Part shown: in pieces, positions 13,301 through 26,930 of the stretch | How the letters are laid out: each line of letters begins with the position of its first letter | Numbering within the stretch: position 1 is the stretch's first letter | Origin: Camelus dromedarius | Taxonomy: Eukaryota | Direction of reading: 5' to 3' | Assembly: GCF_036321535.1 (NCBI RefSeq) | Contig: NC_087437.1 | Coordinates: 24,554,001-24,618,000 of the forward strand | DNA length: 64,000 nucleotides | Notes under the pieces: generated by a model | Told to the model about the DNA's origin: nothing | The model's input: the letters and a program-made list of their open reading frames with translations, nothing else | Database searches by the model: none | Program-made: the position numbers and the translations under genes

Positions 13301-15399
13301 TCAGGAGGAAGGCACCTCCCTGTAAAACACCCGCAAAACCAGAGCAAAGTCGCAGGAGGCATCCATCCCAGGAGGAAGCCTGGGGTTAGTTCCTCTTCCC
13401 TAGAAACCACTGGAAAACTCTCCCCAAAGTGCATTTTAAACTGCGTTCCAAAACCAAAGAGAAAACAGGGGGAAAAAAAAGTAACTTACCCCGACCTGCT
13501 ACAATACTACATTTTGAGCGTCCTTTTAACATTTTGATTCTTCCTTTAGTGCTGCAGCCATTTCTTTCCTCTTGCCAGAAACCAACTTTCAAACTAGCTG
13601 TAATTTTAAAATAAAAATAACAAACAAAACTAAAACTAAATCAAACAGGGTTTTTACCCCCTCTCACATCTTGCCAGCTACCGTCTGCCTGAAATACTTC
13701 ATTCTTTCTTTACCAAAATTTCCTAAACACCACCTGGGCAGCTTCACAAGGCTTAAAGTTTGTGTGGTTTGTGTGCGCAAGTGTGCTAGTGTGTGTGTGT
13801 GAGAGTGTGTATGTGTGCGCGAGCGCGGGTGTGGGAGTTAGTTGCTTTTAAAAAGACGTCGTTGTCATTCAGAGTAATAAAAGTGTGGCCCCCATCTTTG
13901 GGTGTGGGTTTTTACATGCACCTCTCATTTCAGTTAACTTTTTTCGAGCTGAGAAAAGCTGCTAGCTTACTTTCGGGAGACTTTGCTCGTTATTCATCTG
14001 TTTAGTCGCCTCAGAGGCACAAAAGCGGATCCTCGGCGTTATGAAAAATGGCCTGGGCGCAGAGAATGTCACAGTGGTCGGCGTATTATTTTAGCCTTCT
14101 TAAAAAAAAAAAAACTCAGGGAAAGTTTGCTTTTGATGAATTCAATAAAAGCGAAGCTGCAACGGAAGAGATTTTCAGCTAAAATCATACAGCATGGGGC
14201 AGAGCTTAAAACAGCCAGATGGCCAAAGGTAGATGGACCCTCTTGGTTTCAAAACCCAGATCTGGAATTCTGCCGACTGAGCTTCTTAGTTTATTTAATC
14301 CTGCGTGTATCTTTATTTTTTTTTTCAATTGATTTCCCTGCTCTTTTTTTTTTTTCCTGCCACTTCCCTTGTGGTCCCCCACCCCACTCCTCATCCCAGA
14401 GCTGCTGGTGAGACCCCCTTCTTAGGATTTGCAGAAGTCACTTTTCGACTTCCCCTTTGACAATGGAGTTAAACTTTGGAGTGCGGTAGGCCGACTCGTT
14501 GCAGCCCATCATCAGGTTCTTGGTTCAAATGCAGTGGCCTTTGACAGCTAAGGCCTTTGAATATAAGGACAAATATGTTCACCCCATCCTGCCTCATCGC
14601 CCCCGCCCCACTCCCCGCAGAAAATCAGAACTTGGCTCACTCGTCAGCCCTGTATTCTCCTGCATCCCTCCCTTGAGATCCCAACCCGAAGAGCCTTAGG
14701 TTCCCAGTAAATGTCTCAGGGATCCCCCATGATATCCTTAGGCATCAGAGGAACAGACTAAAGTGGCCACCGCGGTTCCATCCCGACTTTGGAATGGGAA
14801 TTGTGAAATTAATATGCATCCTATTTAAACTTTGTTCTTAGCTAAGCAGGAAAAAGGTGGGAGGTGAGGGGACGGGGTGGGAGGAGCAGTAAAAACAAGA
14901 CAAGACGTAGCGCCTGGGCTCTTCCTCTCCAAATAAGAGGAAGGTCCGAAGGCACCCAAGATTCCATTCCTCAGCGCCATCCCTGACAGGATTTAGTTTG
15001 GCCACCACCTCCGGGAAGGCCTCCAGCTGGACCCTATCCTAGCCTTGACTGCAACTGTCCAGGCTAGAGGACTGAGTGTGAAAGGGCGGGTTTTTAGAAA
15101 GAACTGGCGATTTGATCCACACAAATACAGGGTCTAAACCCAGAAGGCACCCCCTCACCAATTGCGGGGGGCTTGGGGCATGGATCGGAAAGAGGACAGG
15201 GCTCCGGAATAGCAAGGGTTAGCATTCGAGAGGCAACGACTCAGCGATCCTGAGGTGGGCAGAGAAAGTGGAGGCACTATCTGAACTGTCCCGACCTTCT
15301 CCAACATAAGGGGAGAGGCAGCCCAGGGAAGGAGAACAGCTGGCCTGCTCCGTGCCACTTCCTGGCTGAGGGACCCTAAATAAAGTCCTAGCCCTCTTT

Positions 15400-15530
15400 C
15401 CACATCTCTAAAATGGGCATAAAAACAAAATCTGTTTCAATTGGGGTTTTGGGTTCGTTTGTTTTAAATAGGACTATAAATGCAAAGCATGTATATGGAA
15501 AGTTCACAATAAACATTTATTGATGTGTTG
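15400..15530 (+). mobile_element. Degenerate MIR-like fragment
   Basis: cacatctctaaaatgggcata...caataaacatttattga resembles the MIR core and tail. Confidence 0.35.
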
Positions 15531-18500
15531 AAAGGATTGCTGTTTTATTGTAAATGCTGGTGTCGCCTCTGTGGTAACTGTGCCTCGAGGCATAGGCTCC
15601 CTGGACCCATGTCCTCACTCTCATGGCTCTAGGGATACAGACTCAGGCCCCTGGAACCCAACAGAGACCTTGATGGTCCTGGGATCTGACTAACTCTTCC
15701 CTCCATCCCACACCAATCCAGCCCCAGTGGGGGCCTGGTTGTCCCCCTCCTTTCCCTGTGCTGAGCTGTGGAACCCAGGTATCTTGGGGAAGGCCAGGAG
15801 TATCCCCAACCCTGGTTATCAACGATGCTCAGATCCCAGAAAAAGCCTCCAGAACTGGGTTGGAAAAGACCTTTTGAAAAAAATGAGGTGCTCACTTTTC
15901 TATCTGTTGGAAGTAAAGGGGGAAAAACAGGGGGAGGGGAAGTGCAGAAAGATGCAGGGGCAGCTGAGAAGGTCCAGCCTGCACACCCCACTCACTCCAA
16001 GTTCACACCTTGGAGCTTCCGGCTCAAGTATTTTTCTGCAGAGGATGCCAGGAAGAATCTCCCCAGCACACCTGCAGGCGGAGGGGGTGGGGAGGCGGGG
16101 TTGACTCCAGAATGTGAGTTGTATCCCTCAGCTGCTCCAGAAAGAGGCAGCAGATCAGAATCCAAGACACATCTCTGAAATATGCTGTCAAAACCAACAC
16201 CCCCATTTTGTGGGACAACCTAGCTAGAAATCCACAAGACATGAGGCTGGCCCACATCGACCAGCGTTAAGTGACACCTACGGGACGAGCCCTTTTACCG
16301 CCACTCAGAATCCCCCAGTCATTTGTGATGTCTGAAATGCTTAACGGTGATTCCTGGTCTCCACCTGGTCTGAAGAGGCAATGAAAACCAGACTTCCTTC
16401 AATGTTTTGCCTCCTTTGGGCATCACGCAACTCAGACCCAAGCTAGAGCACTGCCTGGCACTCGAGTTAGAGGTGGTGCAAGTGTCCCGCATCCTTAACA
16501 GAAAGGAGTACAGTAGGTCCAACTCCACTCCAGGACTCTTTTGAACATGTGGGGGAAGCTGAGTCAAGAGTCCCTGACCTGGGGCGAAGTCATCTCCCTC
16601 CTCTCCATTCCTCCTGTTGCCAAGGATACTTTCCAGGAGGGTGTCAGCGTTTCCAGCTGTGCATCACCTCAAATATTTACACCTTCAAGAATGGTGGTGG
16701 GAGAGAGAGGAAATTCAGAAATGAAGTTTGGGTTTAGGCTTCTTGGACGTGGGGGGAAATCTATTGGCTTTACGCTGAGGATTTCTGTGGTTTTAACTCA
16801 GAAAAACAAACTGCCTGTGACCAATAGATGTTTGTGGGGGGTGGGGTGGAGTTGATTTACATCGCTGTCCTAACAGACACCTGACCTTCTGGGCTGAAGA
16901 TTTCTTATGATTAATGAATAGGCTTTGCTTTGCGCTTTACAATTAATAAGTAAACTGCTGGGGACTCTGCTCACTTAGATACGTGTCCAGCTCAGAGGAG
17001 ATGAATTGTAGTCTGTCCAAGACACTCACTTAGCCTCAGCTTTTAGGGTACTCCATTTGGACAATTCTGCTGGGCCAACATTTGCTCTTGACAAATTCCA
17101 CCCCTACTCCTAACCTGACATCTCTGTCTCAGTCTCTTAATTCTCACTTGTTCTTGGCTCTCTGTGTTGGGCAAGTATCAATGAAAGGAACTTGGGTGCA
17201 AGGTGGATGATTTTCCCGCCTGCCTGAGGTGGAGCTCTTGCATTAATTGTCCCAATAAATTGAGATATAGTGTGCATAATGCAATGGAACAATATGGTTA
17301 TAGTCCACGTGTATGACTTAATTAAGCTATTTGCAGCTTGATGCTGCAAGTCAACGGGTGTGCAAGTGGATTAACAATTGCCAGCTCCCTTATCCTCAGG
17401 ATGGCGCATAATTACTTTACTAGCGATACATATCAATTTTTGATGATTGCGGAAGCCATGCTCCCTTCACCAAGAAGCCGCTTAATAACTCTCCGTTGTG
17501 TATTAAAAAAGTAGTGTTTGAAAATATTTTGAAGTCGCTCCCAACATTTTTATAGGTTCTGATTGTGGCCTTTAATGGGCCGTCGTTTTATTCCTGATGT
17601 ATATTTTATAAAGGGGCAAAGGCTAAACTCTGAAGTCCCTGCTCCAAGAGGGAATCGGAGTCCCCCTCCTGCTCTCCACCCAGTGAACGCCTCACGTTTA
17701 TGCTTGGAGCCGAGTTGGCTGACAAGGTCGTAATAGACCTGAATACAGGCTTGTAGCAGGGCAGCCATCCTTTAAAATCTTCTCTTTCTGGCTCTGCACT
17801 CCCTTTCTCTCTTGCGCTCTCTCTCTCTCTCTCTCCTTTTCCTACTTAAAGATAATCTAGGAAACTCAGAGGGACTGTGAGCACCTCCTCGTTCCAGGAC
17901 CTGCTCCTCAGCTCCACAAACACCACTATGTCCCAAAGGATACATGTTCCTAACGGGCAAGGCTAAGGAAAGCAAGGCGTCTGGTGGCCCAGCAGGGTAG
18001 TGTGTACTAACATGGGTTGATAAAATTTACAAGAGGGCTAATAAAATTACCCAACCTGATGACAGAGACATTGACATTCTGACTTCCTGGGCTCCTGGCC
18101 TTTGTTTAGAGTAAGATGGAGCCAAAGTCCCAGCTCACTTCCATGGTGACTGGGGATGATGAGGACGATGTGAATTTGTTCCATGTGATTTACTATTTGA
18201 ATCTTAAGTCAAGGCTGATCATTTGACCTCTCTGGATTGAACTAAATTCATCATCTATAATTTTATTAAAAAGCCTCGTGGCCATCAATCATAATGAGAG
18301 CACAGGGAGCCAACATTTTCCAGGGAATGTGTCAACTTCATGGACACATGGCGCTTACACCATCCCTTTCCTGTCGTGGACAGTGCAGACACATACCTGG
18401 GGTTCCCCCTAAGGACACAGGGTTAATTCAGTTCCCAATGGCTGATAGCATTTAAAAAAGAGGAGTTCTTTGCTTGCTCTGGACCGAAGCTGGGCGAGAT

Positions 18501-20391
18501 GGTGTCAAGATTTAGGCCAAGTTCAAAATGAACCCCCTGCCTTTGGACAGAAGAGACAGTTTATAAACCATGTGCTCATCCTCAATCCAAAGGAAATTTC
18601 AAAACATTCCAAAATTTCCTATGAAATCAGGATCAGAGCTCTTCTCCCTTGTTCCTAATTGTGCTGTTATAAATCACTTTGAAATTACAGCTTATCTCAG
18701 CCATACATCTTTCTGAATATCCACATTACTGCCTGCTAGTGAAACAAATGTTACAGCAGTCTCATTAAAATGTTTAAGAAGGGTAAAAAATTTCCAGTGG
18801 TCTTTAGACCAACTCAACATTTATTCTTAAAACTAAGGTTACAGAGTCCCTATTTTGAAGGTTTTTTGGTTGAAGTCTATTTGTTCTTATACCTGAAGGA
18901 GGTGATGTTTCTGCAGAGACATCTGAATGACAGCGGGAGTGAAGGACAAATCTAATAAAGCCTAATAAAGCATGAGCAACGAAATGTCATTAAACTTACA
19001 AAGATGAGACTCAAAATCACCAAAAAGGTAAATGTCGTCATTAGTCTGATCTCTGAAGACTGTCAAACATTTCATTAATTTATAATTTATGATTGTTTGA
19101 CAAATATTGAAAAGTATGTAAATATGAGCCGGATAATGTCTTTTCTGCGGGAGATGAGGAAATGACCCAAACTGTACGTGCCTGCAAGATTACACACAGG
19201 ACCCAGTTCTCTGTTATCAAACTGTGCCGCCCCTTTAGCCAACATATTGCGCAAGTGACAAGTGAAATAGTGCAGATAAACCAATGGTTTAAAACGTAAT
19301 AAAGACAACAGCCATTTGCATTTTTTACATTTTATTACAAAGGTAATTTACTATGACACATTTCTGAATGTAATTTATGAAAACATGTTCAAGCAATTAC
19401 ATCGTGTATACAGCCCTCAGAGCTACAAAATTCAGATAAATAATAATATTATAGACCTTTAGAGAATTTCACTATTGAAAACATATCATAAAGAGAATCC
19501 TTTATTTCAAAAATGGATTGTACAGAAGAAAATAATAGCATTAAAATTTAAAATTAAGACTAAAATCTCGAAGAACAATAGAAAGCCAATGAATAGTATC
19601 TTTCCTGGAGTTGCAAAATTAAATCTTTATGATGACAATTTGGTTATTTCACAGGGTTTATTATCAACAATTTTTTTTTCCTTCCTAGATTAGGTGCAAA
19701 TTATTAGAGGCTTTGGGGGAGAGAGATATAAGAGGAATGTTGTATGTTTCCTCTTTCAAACTTCTGAGCTCATTCCTTTGCTCCATTTCTCTTTTCTAAA
19801 GCACAGGACTGTGCCAGCTTTGAAAAGTAAAGAGAAATCCATTCCCTGAAGGTCAGTACTTTCTGAACTGATTCTTCAAGCAGATTTTCTACAGCAGCCT
19901 GTCATGAGTTATCCAAACGGGAGAGGATTCCATCGGGGAAAGGAGGAGAAAAGTTTTCATAATAGAGCAGGAAATAAAAATGAGAAATGTTTCATTTCTG
20001 CTTCCACTCCCCACACATTAATTTATTTTACAATAACTCCATGATATGTTTTAAACCCGGGAGTGCAGGATCAGATACTTTAGATTCAGCCTCCGACTAT
20101 TCTTACCAACTTTTGGGGGGGGGGCGCAAGGGGTGATCTTCCTTTTGTATTTATAGGTACAATGCTTTGCAAATGTTTTAGCTTTAAAAGTCAATCATAA
20201 AAGCAAGCCTGAAATGGACCCTTTTCCTGCCTGTGGGGGGCATGCCCTGAGTTTATTCCACCACCTTGAGACTATCTGCAAGGCCTATTGTTCGTTTGCT
20301 TGAAAGATCCCTTAGGGAGTGTTACCTTACTTGCTATGACAGACTTACAACCACAATTTCCCTCCCAGCTGTATTAAATCTCTCAAACCTT

Positions 20392-20427
20392 AAAAAAAAA
20401 AAAAAGAAGAAGAAGAAGAAGAAGAAG
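20392..20427. repeat. Poly-A followed by (AAG)n
   Basis: Directly visible. Confidence 0.9.
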
Positions 20428-23400
20428 ACCTTAACACAACTCAAATCCGGATTTGTGGGGCACTTCGGAAACATGTAATTGTGCTCGAGTCTTAAAGTTA
20501 AGTAAGTTGAGGGACCTAGCAGCCCGCAATAAGTGGCCTCCAAACTCCCCGCCCTCCATCTAACACCCCAAGTGGATGCACAGGCATTGGAGCCCTTAAA
20601 GGGTGCGCATAGAGTCCTGTCCAGTTCCCAAACGTGGGCCACCGCTGAACATGGCCACTTCTCTTGAGAGCAGTGGACAGGCAAGTTCCGGGTCTAGTGA
20701 CCTGAACTCGCGAACTCTCTGCCCAGGAACTTCTGCTCTGCCACGCCCCCTGCTATACTGATCCCAGGGCTTGACGTTCCTTCCACCTTCAGGAGAAGCT
20801 AGCGAGGCCATTCTCCTGCCAAACATCTCTCAGATTGACACTGCTGGCTGGCGGACAGACCTGCGGCTCAGCAGGCTTTAGCTTCGGGACCGATCCCTCA
20901 CGCTTTCATCCTTCTACCCTGCTTGAGAGCGGGTTCTCATTTTAACACCAGGGATCGCCCCCCGCCCCACCATCCCTAACTCTGCCAAGGCTGGAGCCTA
21001 AGACTATTAGCCCCTGGCCCTAGCCGGATCTCTGCAACTCCTCCTCACCTCTAGAGCTGAACCGGGCCAGGGAAGTGGGCTTTGAGTTCGTTTTAAGCAG
21101 GGTGAAGTCAGTCCTCGGTTCCAGCCTTTGTCTCTCTTGGAATGTTTAGGGGCTGCATATGCTTTTGTGTTGCAAACAGCAACCGGGGTCCCCAGGAGTC
21201 CCTGACCCCATGCCTTGGCAGGAGCACGGTTTCCCTGGACGACTGTGGCTGGGCTGGTCTCCGTGAGGTGGTCTTGCGCGGGCACACTGCCACGCACACG
21301 GGCGCCAGCGCAGACACGCAGCGCCTTGCGCGCGCGCGCACAAAGAAAAGTTCCTAAATAAATAAATAAATAAACAATGAATTGCACTGATGGTGAACTT
21401 GAATTGGTGGACCAGATTGGGAGGGGGGATATAATAAGGGAGGGGATCAATAAATAGAGGGGGCCAGAGGAAAAAAAATAATACCTGCTCATGTGTCAGC
21501 TTCAATGGGCAAGCAATCTCCTAATAACAAATGAAACAATGAAAGGGCTGCATTGTTTCCTGTGAAGCGCTCCATCCATGACCCCGTTTATATCTGCACG
21601 GCCATGTTTTGATGACTTAGAGTATATGCAGAAACAAACTTTCCCGCGGTGTTTTTTCCCCCCACTTCTTCTCTGCTTGTCAGGCTTTTCTTTCCAAACA
21701 GTCGGATAATTTTAAAAATAAGGCAAAGGAGAAGAAGGGAAAAAAACCTCCACCACCATCACCCAAGAAATGATAAATAGCATCGAATAGCTAATCGCTG
21801 GAGGGCGCGTTTACCAATTCATAATCATTTATTCTTGGTGATGTATGGCTCTTGCTCTTAAATCTGAAAAGCTTCTATTTGAAGGTGTAAATAGCTTTTT
21901 TTTTTCCTTTCCTGCAGTAAACCTTCCTGCATTAGCAGTGATTGATCTCGTGTACAATTCGTCCCAGAGTGCTATTTTACAGGGGGAACACTAGCTTTTG
22001 GAGATTAACTGGGGAGTCTGTTACATATTAATGAAGCCGGGAGATACACTAACGTTTTGGTAATTTAGTTATTTGTGTCTATAGCTGTCGTCGTTATTTT
22101 CTTTCAGACCCCTGCGGTTGTTATCCATCGAATTAAAAAGTGGTCCTTAGAATAATTTTTTTTTCCACTGGCAACTAAACGCCATTTAATGTGAAAAACA
22201 AATGTTGACTTGTCTCTTGAAGGAAGTGTGTTTCTTGGCAAGACATCAAAGTGTTTTAAACTGTATTAGTGGGTTATGTTAGTTTTCTTACCCAGAGCCT
22301 GCACTAAAGTAGTAACTAATGGGAAGGGAAAGAAAAAAAGAAGTCGTGGCCTGTCTCTATTTTAGAAAAATTATTGGATCTTCTAGGAGAGGAGGGAAAG
22401 TTAAAACTCTAGGATAAAAGTGTTCCTAGCTTGGAGGTTCCCCAAAACGTTTGGAAATGCAAACTTAATCAATGTTGGGAGTGGGGGTGAGGGAGGAGGA
22501 GCAGGGATTGCTCGTTAATTTGCCACTTGATAATTAATATCCCACCAAATGAGACAGTAATGTCATTAATGCCTGTGGGTTCAAGGAGAGAGACTTAGTG
22601 AATTGCAATCCCAAATAAAAGTCATGTTTGGCAAAGAGTTTGCTTCTTGGCCCGGGGAATAAAATGGCACTACTTTTAAGTTTTCTTGTAAGATTTTTAT
22701 GGGAAAGAAGGTTTCTTAAGATGCTCTGGCTTCCCACAGAAGATCTGGGGAATAGTCGTTGGGCAGGAAATCTTTCCAGATACTCCCCAATTTCCCAGGC
22801 TCTGTGGAGGATGCAGGACCACTGTGGAAGTAGGAACAGAAGAGGAAATTTGTTGTGAAACGCTGTGGTTGGAGGGGAGAGAGCCATTGGATCTGCCTTG
22901 TGCAGGAAAAGGTGGATCACCCATACCCACTTCTGGGAACTGCCCACTGAGTTCAGGAGAGGCCAGGAAGTGACATAACATCCCTGAGGGACACATCTGC
23001 CCCTGGGTCCCCACCATCTGAATCTTAGCCCCATGGCTCTTCTGATCACCTACCCCAGGCCAGGGGCATCTCCCTTCCCCTCAAAGAGAGTCAGTCCCCT
23101 CTACCTTCCCCCTTTCCCCCCTTCCCCTCCCACAGCCCATTACCACCCTCTTGCCAGAAGCCCCGATCTGGAGCCCTAGATGACTGGGGCCTTCCAGCCC
23201 AGCGTTTGCAGTGAGGGCAGCTTCAAGACGCAACAAACTTTGCAGAGCCACGAAACACTGAAGCGTGATTGCGCCGGTTGGCCAGGGCGCGCCCCTTTTG
23301 TTTTCGGGGGGCGATTTATGTTCTTTATAAAAATGTGGTTTGGAAAAATAGAAAGGGCCTTGAAAACGTTGTTACAATGAAAAAGGGACAAATTAGAAGA

Positions 23401-26400
23401 CATTTTCCGTGATCAAAGGCGGGAAGGAGAGCACGCATGGGCATTCACAAAGCTTGACTTATTCACTCCCCTCCTTTGCAAGCCGGGGCAACAAGCGTGT
23501 CCCCCATTGACAAGGCGCGCTATTCAGACTGCAGGTGCGAAGTGGGCCAGCGCGCCCGGCCACATTATGTCAAGGTTGTTGGAGATTAGTGTTCGGCCTT
23601 AATAACTAAAGCGCTTGATTTCCATTGGAAAAAAAGCCCCCTCAGCCGTGAAAACAAAATCGTTGAACGCGTGATCATTGCGAGGGCGGCTGATATCCTA
23701 ATACTCGCATTGTTCTCCTCTGGGCCCAAGCGCGCCCTGGCCTCCTCAAGGAAGGACAAGGCCTGGGTTGCTGGCCTTGGACCAGGTTTCCAATCACACA
23801 CCCTGCCCGGGTTCTGGAAGAAAAGGTGATGGGTAGAAGTTTTACAGGGGTCTGAAGAAGACAGAGAGCAAGCTTCCCTGAGAGTGTCGATCTGGGCTCC
23901 CAGTGTTGGCACAACCTTGGGGGACCCAAGAATCCTGAGGCTCTGGAGCCTGAGACCCAGTGGTGGAGTATCTCAAGAGTGATACTTGCTTGGGTGGGAG
24001 AACTGTGGGAGAGCTGAGGGAGATGTCTTGAAATATTATGGGCAAGCACAATTTTATTCAGAGGTGATGCTGAAGGAACTGAGGAAGTTCTAAGGTACAC
24101 CCACTGATCTGGGCTGCCTCCAAGAAGGCCGCAGTGTTCCAGCCAAATCTCTTCCTTCAAGAAGAACCCATTTAAGAGAAATCCGGAACTATTTGTAGCC
24201 CCTGCATCGCTTTCTCTGCACTTTCCCTGTTTTATTTTCCCAGAGATGGAGGGGAGGGAGTCCACCTTGGCCTTGGTCCTGCTTCCCCTTGTGTGGGTAT
24301 TTTAGAGCAGAGTCTATTCCCCGTACATCATTGTATCTGAGCCTCCCAGGCTCCCCCTCCCCCACCCATGACAAGTGATCTAGAGAACAATAGGTCTGTG
24401 GCTAGGACCTAAGAATATCCATTTCAATATGGATATGTATCTATTCTAACTGCGATATCTTTTGTAGGCGTCAAGCTACTTAAGGCAATTTCCATAAGAT
24501 CTGTACTAGAAGAAAAGGTTGGGTGGGGACTAGGTGAGAAAGCTGTTAACTATTGTCTGGCCCTGAAAAGGTCGTAAGTCAGCGCCTTGGTAGCTGACCT
24601 GTCAGGGGAAGGTATAAAGGCTTTATTCATGCAGTTGCTGCAATGAGCTCAGCTCTCACAAAAGTGTTTTTATGATTCGATTTTCTTACCTCTTTTCTTA
24701 ATTAAAAAGCTGAACCATTAGAATGGCACCTGCATCGTGTCCTGACGGTGCCTGCATACTAATTTCCGAGCCTTTACAAGCAGTAATTATAACATAAAAT
24801 CAGAGATTGAATAAAACAGAAGGATTTTGCTCCCAAAGCCCCACTAATCCCCTTTTAAAAGGGTCTGGTGAAATAATTCAGAACAGTATCCGGAAGTTGG
24901 ATTACCGCTCCTTTTTTTTTTTTAAACTTTTTACAATGAAATGATATTTCACACTTAAAGGAAGCTCTGTTTTTCCACAACAGTTTTTTTTTTTTTTTGT
25001 AAGAAAGTTGGCAGGTTTTTTGAAAGATAGAAAGCATTTGACTGTGGATTCTTTGCTGAGTAAAGGCAGTGGAAGAAAGTGGAGGAGAAATTTCTATGAC
25101 AGATTTGAAACATGTTTTCTCAGGAGAAAGTGGCTGCAGTGTGATTAAGAACTGCATAAATGCATCAGGCAACTTTTCTAATTTCTCTTGGAGGAAATAA
25201 ATAAGCATATCTTTGGGGCTCAGATGCCTATTTTTCATGACTTAGAAATATGCACATTTCAAGCAAAACACTTTTCACTAAGATGCTGAGTGTATTTTTT
25301 TTAAATACTTAATGAATACATGAATAAGCTCAAAATCTAGATGCCTCCATTACCCAGAGCAAGACCTCTCAGTAGCACAAGCCAAGGACCTTGAGCTGTC
25401 TGCAGTTTCTCCCCTGTTCTGGCAAAGAACATTCTCCTCATCTGGCTAATCTGGTCTTGCGTGGGTCAGACCACAGACAAGAAAAAACTGGATCATCCTT
25501 CAGATGTTCTGTATAAATCATCTGATAATACTATTGGTGGTTTCCGCCCCCACCCCTTCTTTTCACCATTATTCTACAACCACGTGATACAGCCAAAACC
25601 ATAGAAATTTACCTAATTTTGGTTTCTTTTCTCTGCAGACATTTCCCAAGGCTGCCCATTTGTTATGAGGTTCAGAATGAGACACAGCCCTGCTTGACTT
25701 GTTTTGAATTGATCAATATTCTTGCCCAGCATGTTGGCTCATACGGAGTCTATACTAAATCTAAAGAAGCCAAAAATGCAAGACAAGTTTCAAGTTCATC
25801 CCCCTGGTCATATTTACATTTTACCAACTTGCATCTGAAGTAATTTTTTTTTCTTTATCCTTTTTTCCCCCTACATAGCTGGTTTGGATGTTTGCAAAGC
25901 CAATGAAAGATACAGAGACAAATGCCAAGACCACTCCTAATGGTCTACTGAGTTCCTTTTTTTTTTTTTTTTTTAATGATTTTGGGGTCTGAATTTGACA
26001 GTGTTCCTAGAAAACTTTCAGGCATTTCCTCATGGAAGAAAATATTTGGCTAAAAAGGCAATGCTGTTCTGATGCCCAGACAGGAAGTTGGTGACAAGTG
26101 GAACATGCAATTGTGGGATTCTCAGTCACTTGGTAACCAAGATATTGTTAATTTTCCCAGAACGAGGATTCAGTATGAAAAAGCTATGATTATAAGAAAA
26201 GGTTCTGATGCTTTCATAAAAGAATGCGCTTTTGTGTGACTTTTGCCCCATACCACTCTGTCCTTGGTTGCCCACCCTGGCCTCTCATTTGGATGTTCCT
26301 GCCTTTCACACCAGGGTCTTGAGAAGTCCCACACCAGACTTAGAGTAACCACAGAGGCTTATGGTAAAAATAAATCAACTTCTGGGCTGGCCAAGCCATC

Positions 26401-26743
26401 AAGTTTGCTGTTGTGCCAGTATCGTGCCAGTGTCTTAATGTCATGGGGGTGACATTAAAATGATCGGGTTTCTCCTGCTTCATTCCACACCAAAATAAAT
26501 TCAATTCCCTCTAATTTTTCTTGGAACTTTTGAAAATAAGTGTTTCTGCCTCAGTGCCGGGCTGCACCGGCATCTGGAACTCTCCAGTGGTTTCAGGGCC
26601 CTCAACTAGCCTGGGAGGGGGCCTGGAGAGGCACACCCTGATTGGAGCCTGCAGCCCCTGTTGGTGCCACACTTTCTAGAAAGATCTGGAGATCTGATTC
26701 AGGGAGGAGCTAGGGGACAAGTCTGAAAGATGGAGACTTGTAA

Positions 26744-26930
26744 GTAATAATAATAATAGCAACACTAACAACAAGCACCTACGATGTGAATTCTGAATGT
26801 TTCAAGGATTATCTTATTTACCGCTCAAGACAAACTTGTGAAGACGCTTCTATGACATTCTCTTTTAGCAGATGAGGAAACTGAAGCACAGGGAGGTTTC
26901 ATCCCTTATCCAGGGGCACAGGGCCACAGG
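26744..26930 (-). mobile_element. MIR SINE fragment
   Basis: taataataatagc...ttttagcagatgaggaaactgaagcacagggaggtt is the reverse complement of the MIR core and tail. Confidence 0.75.
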
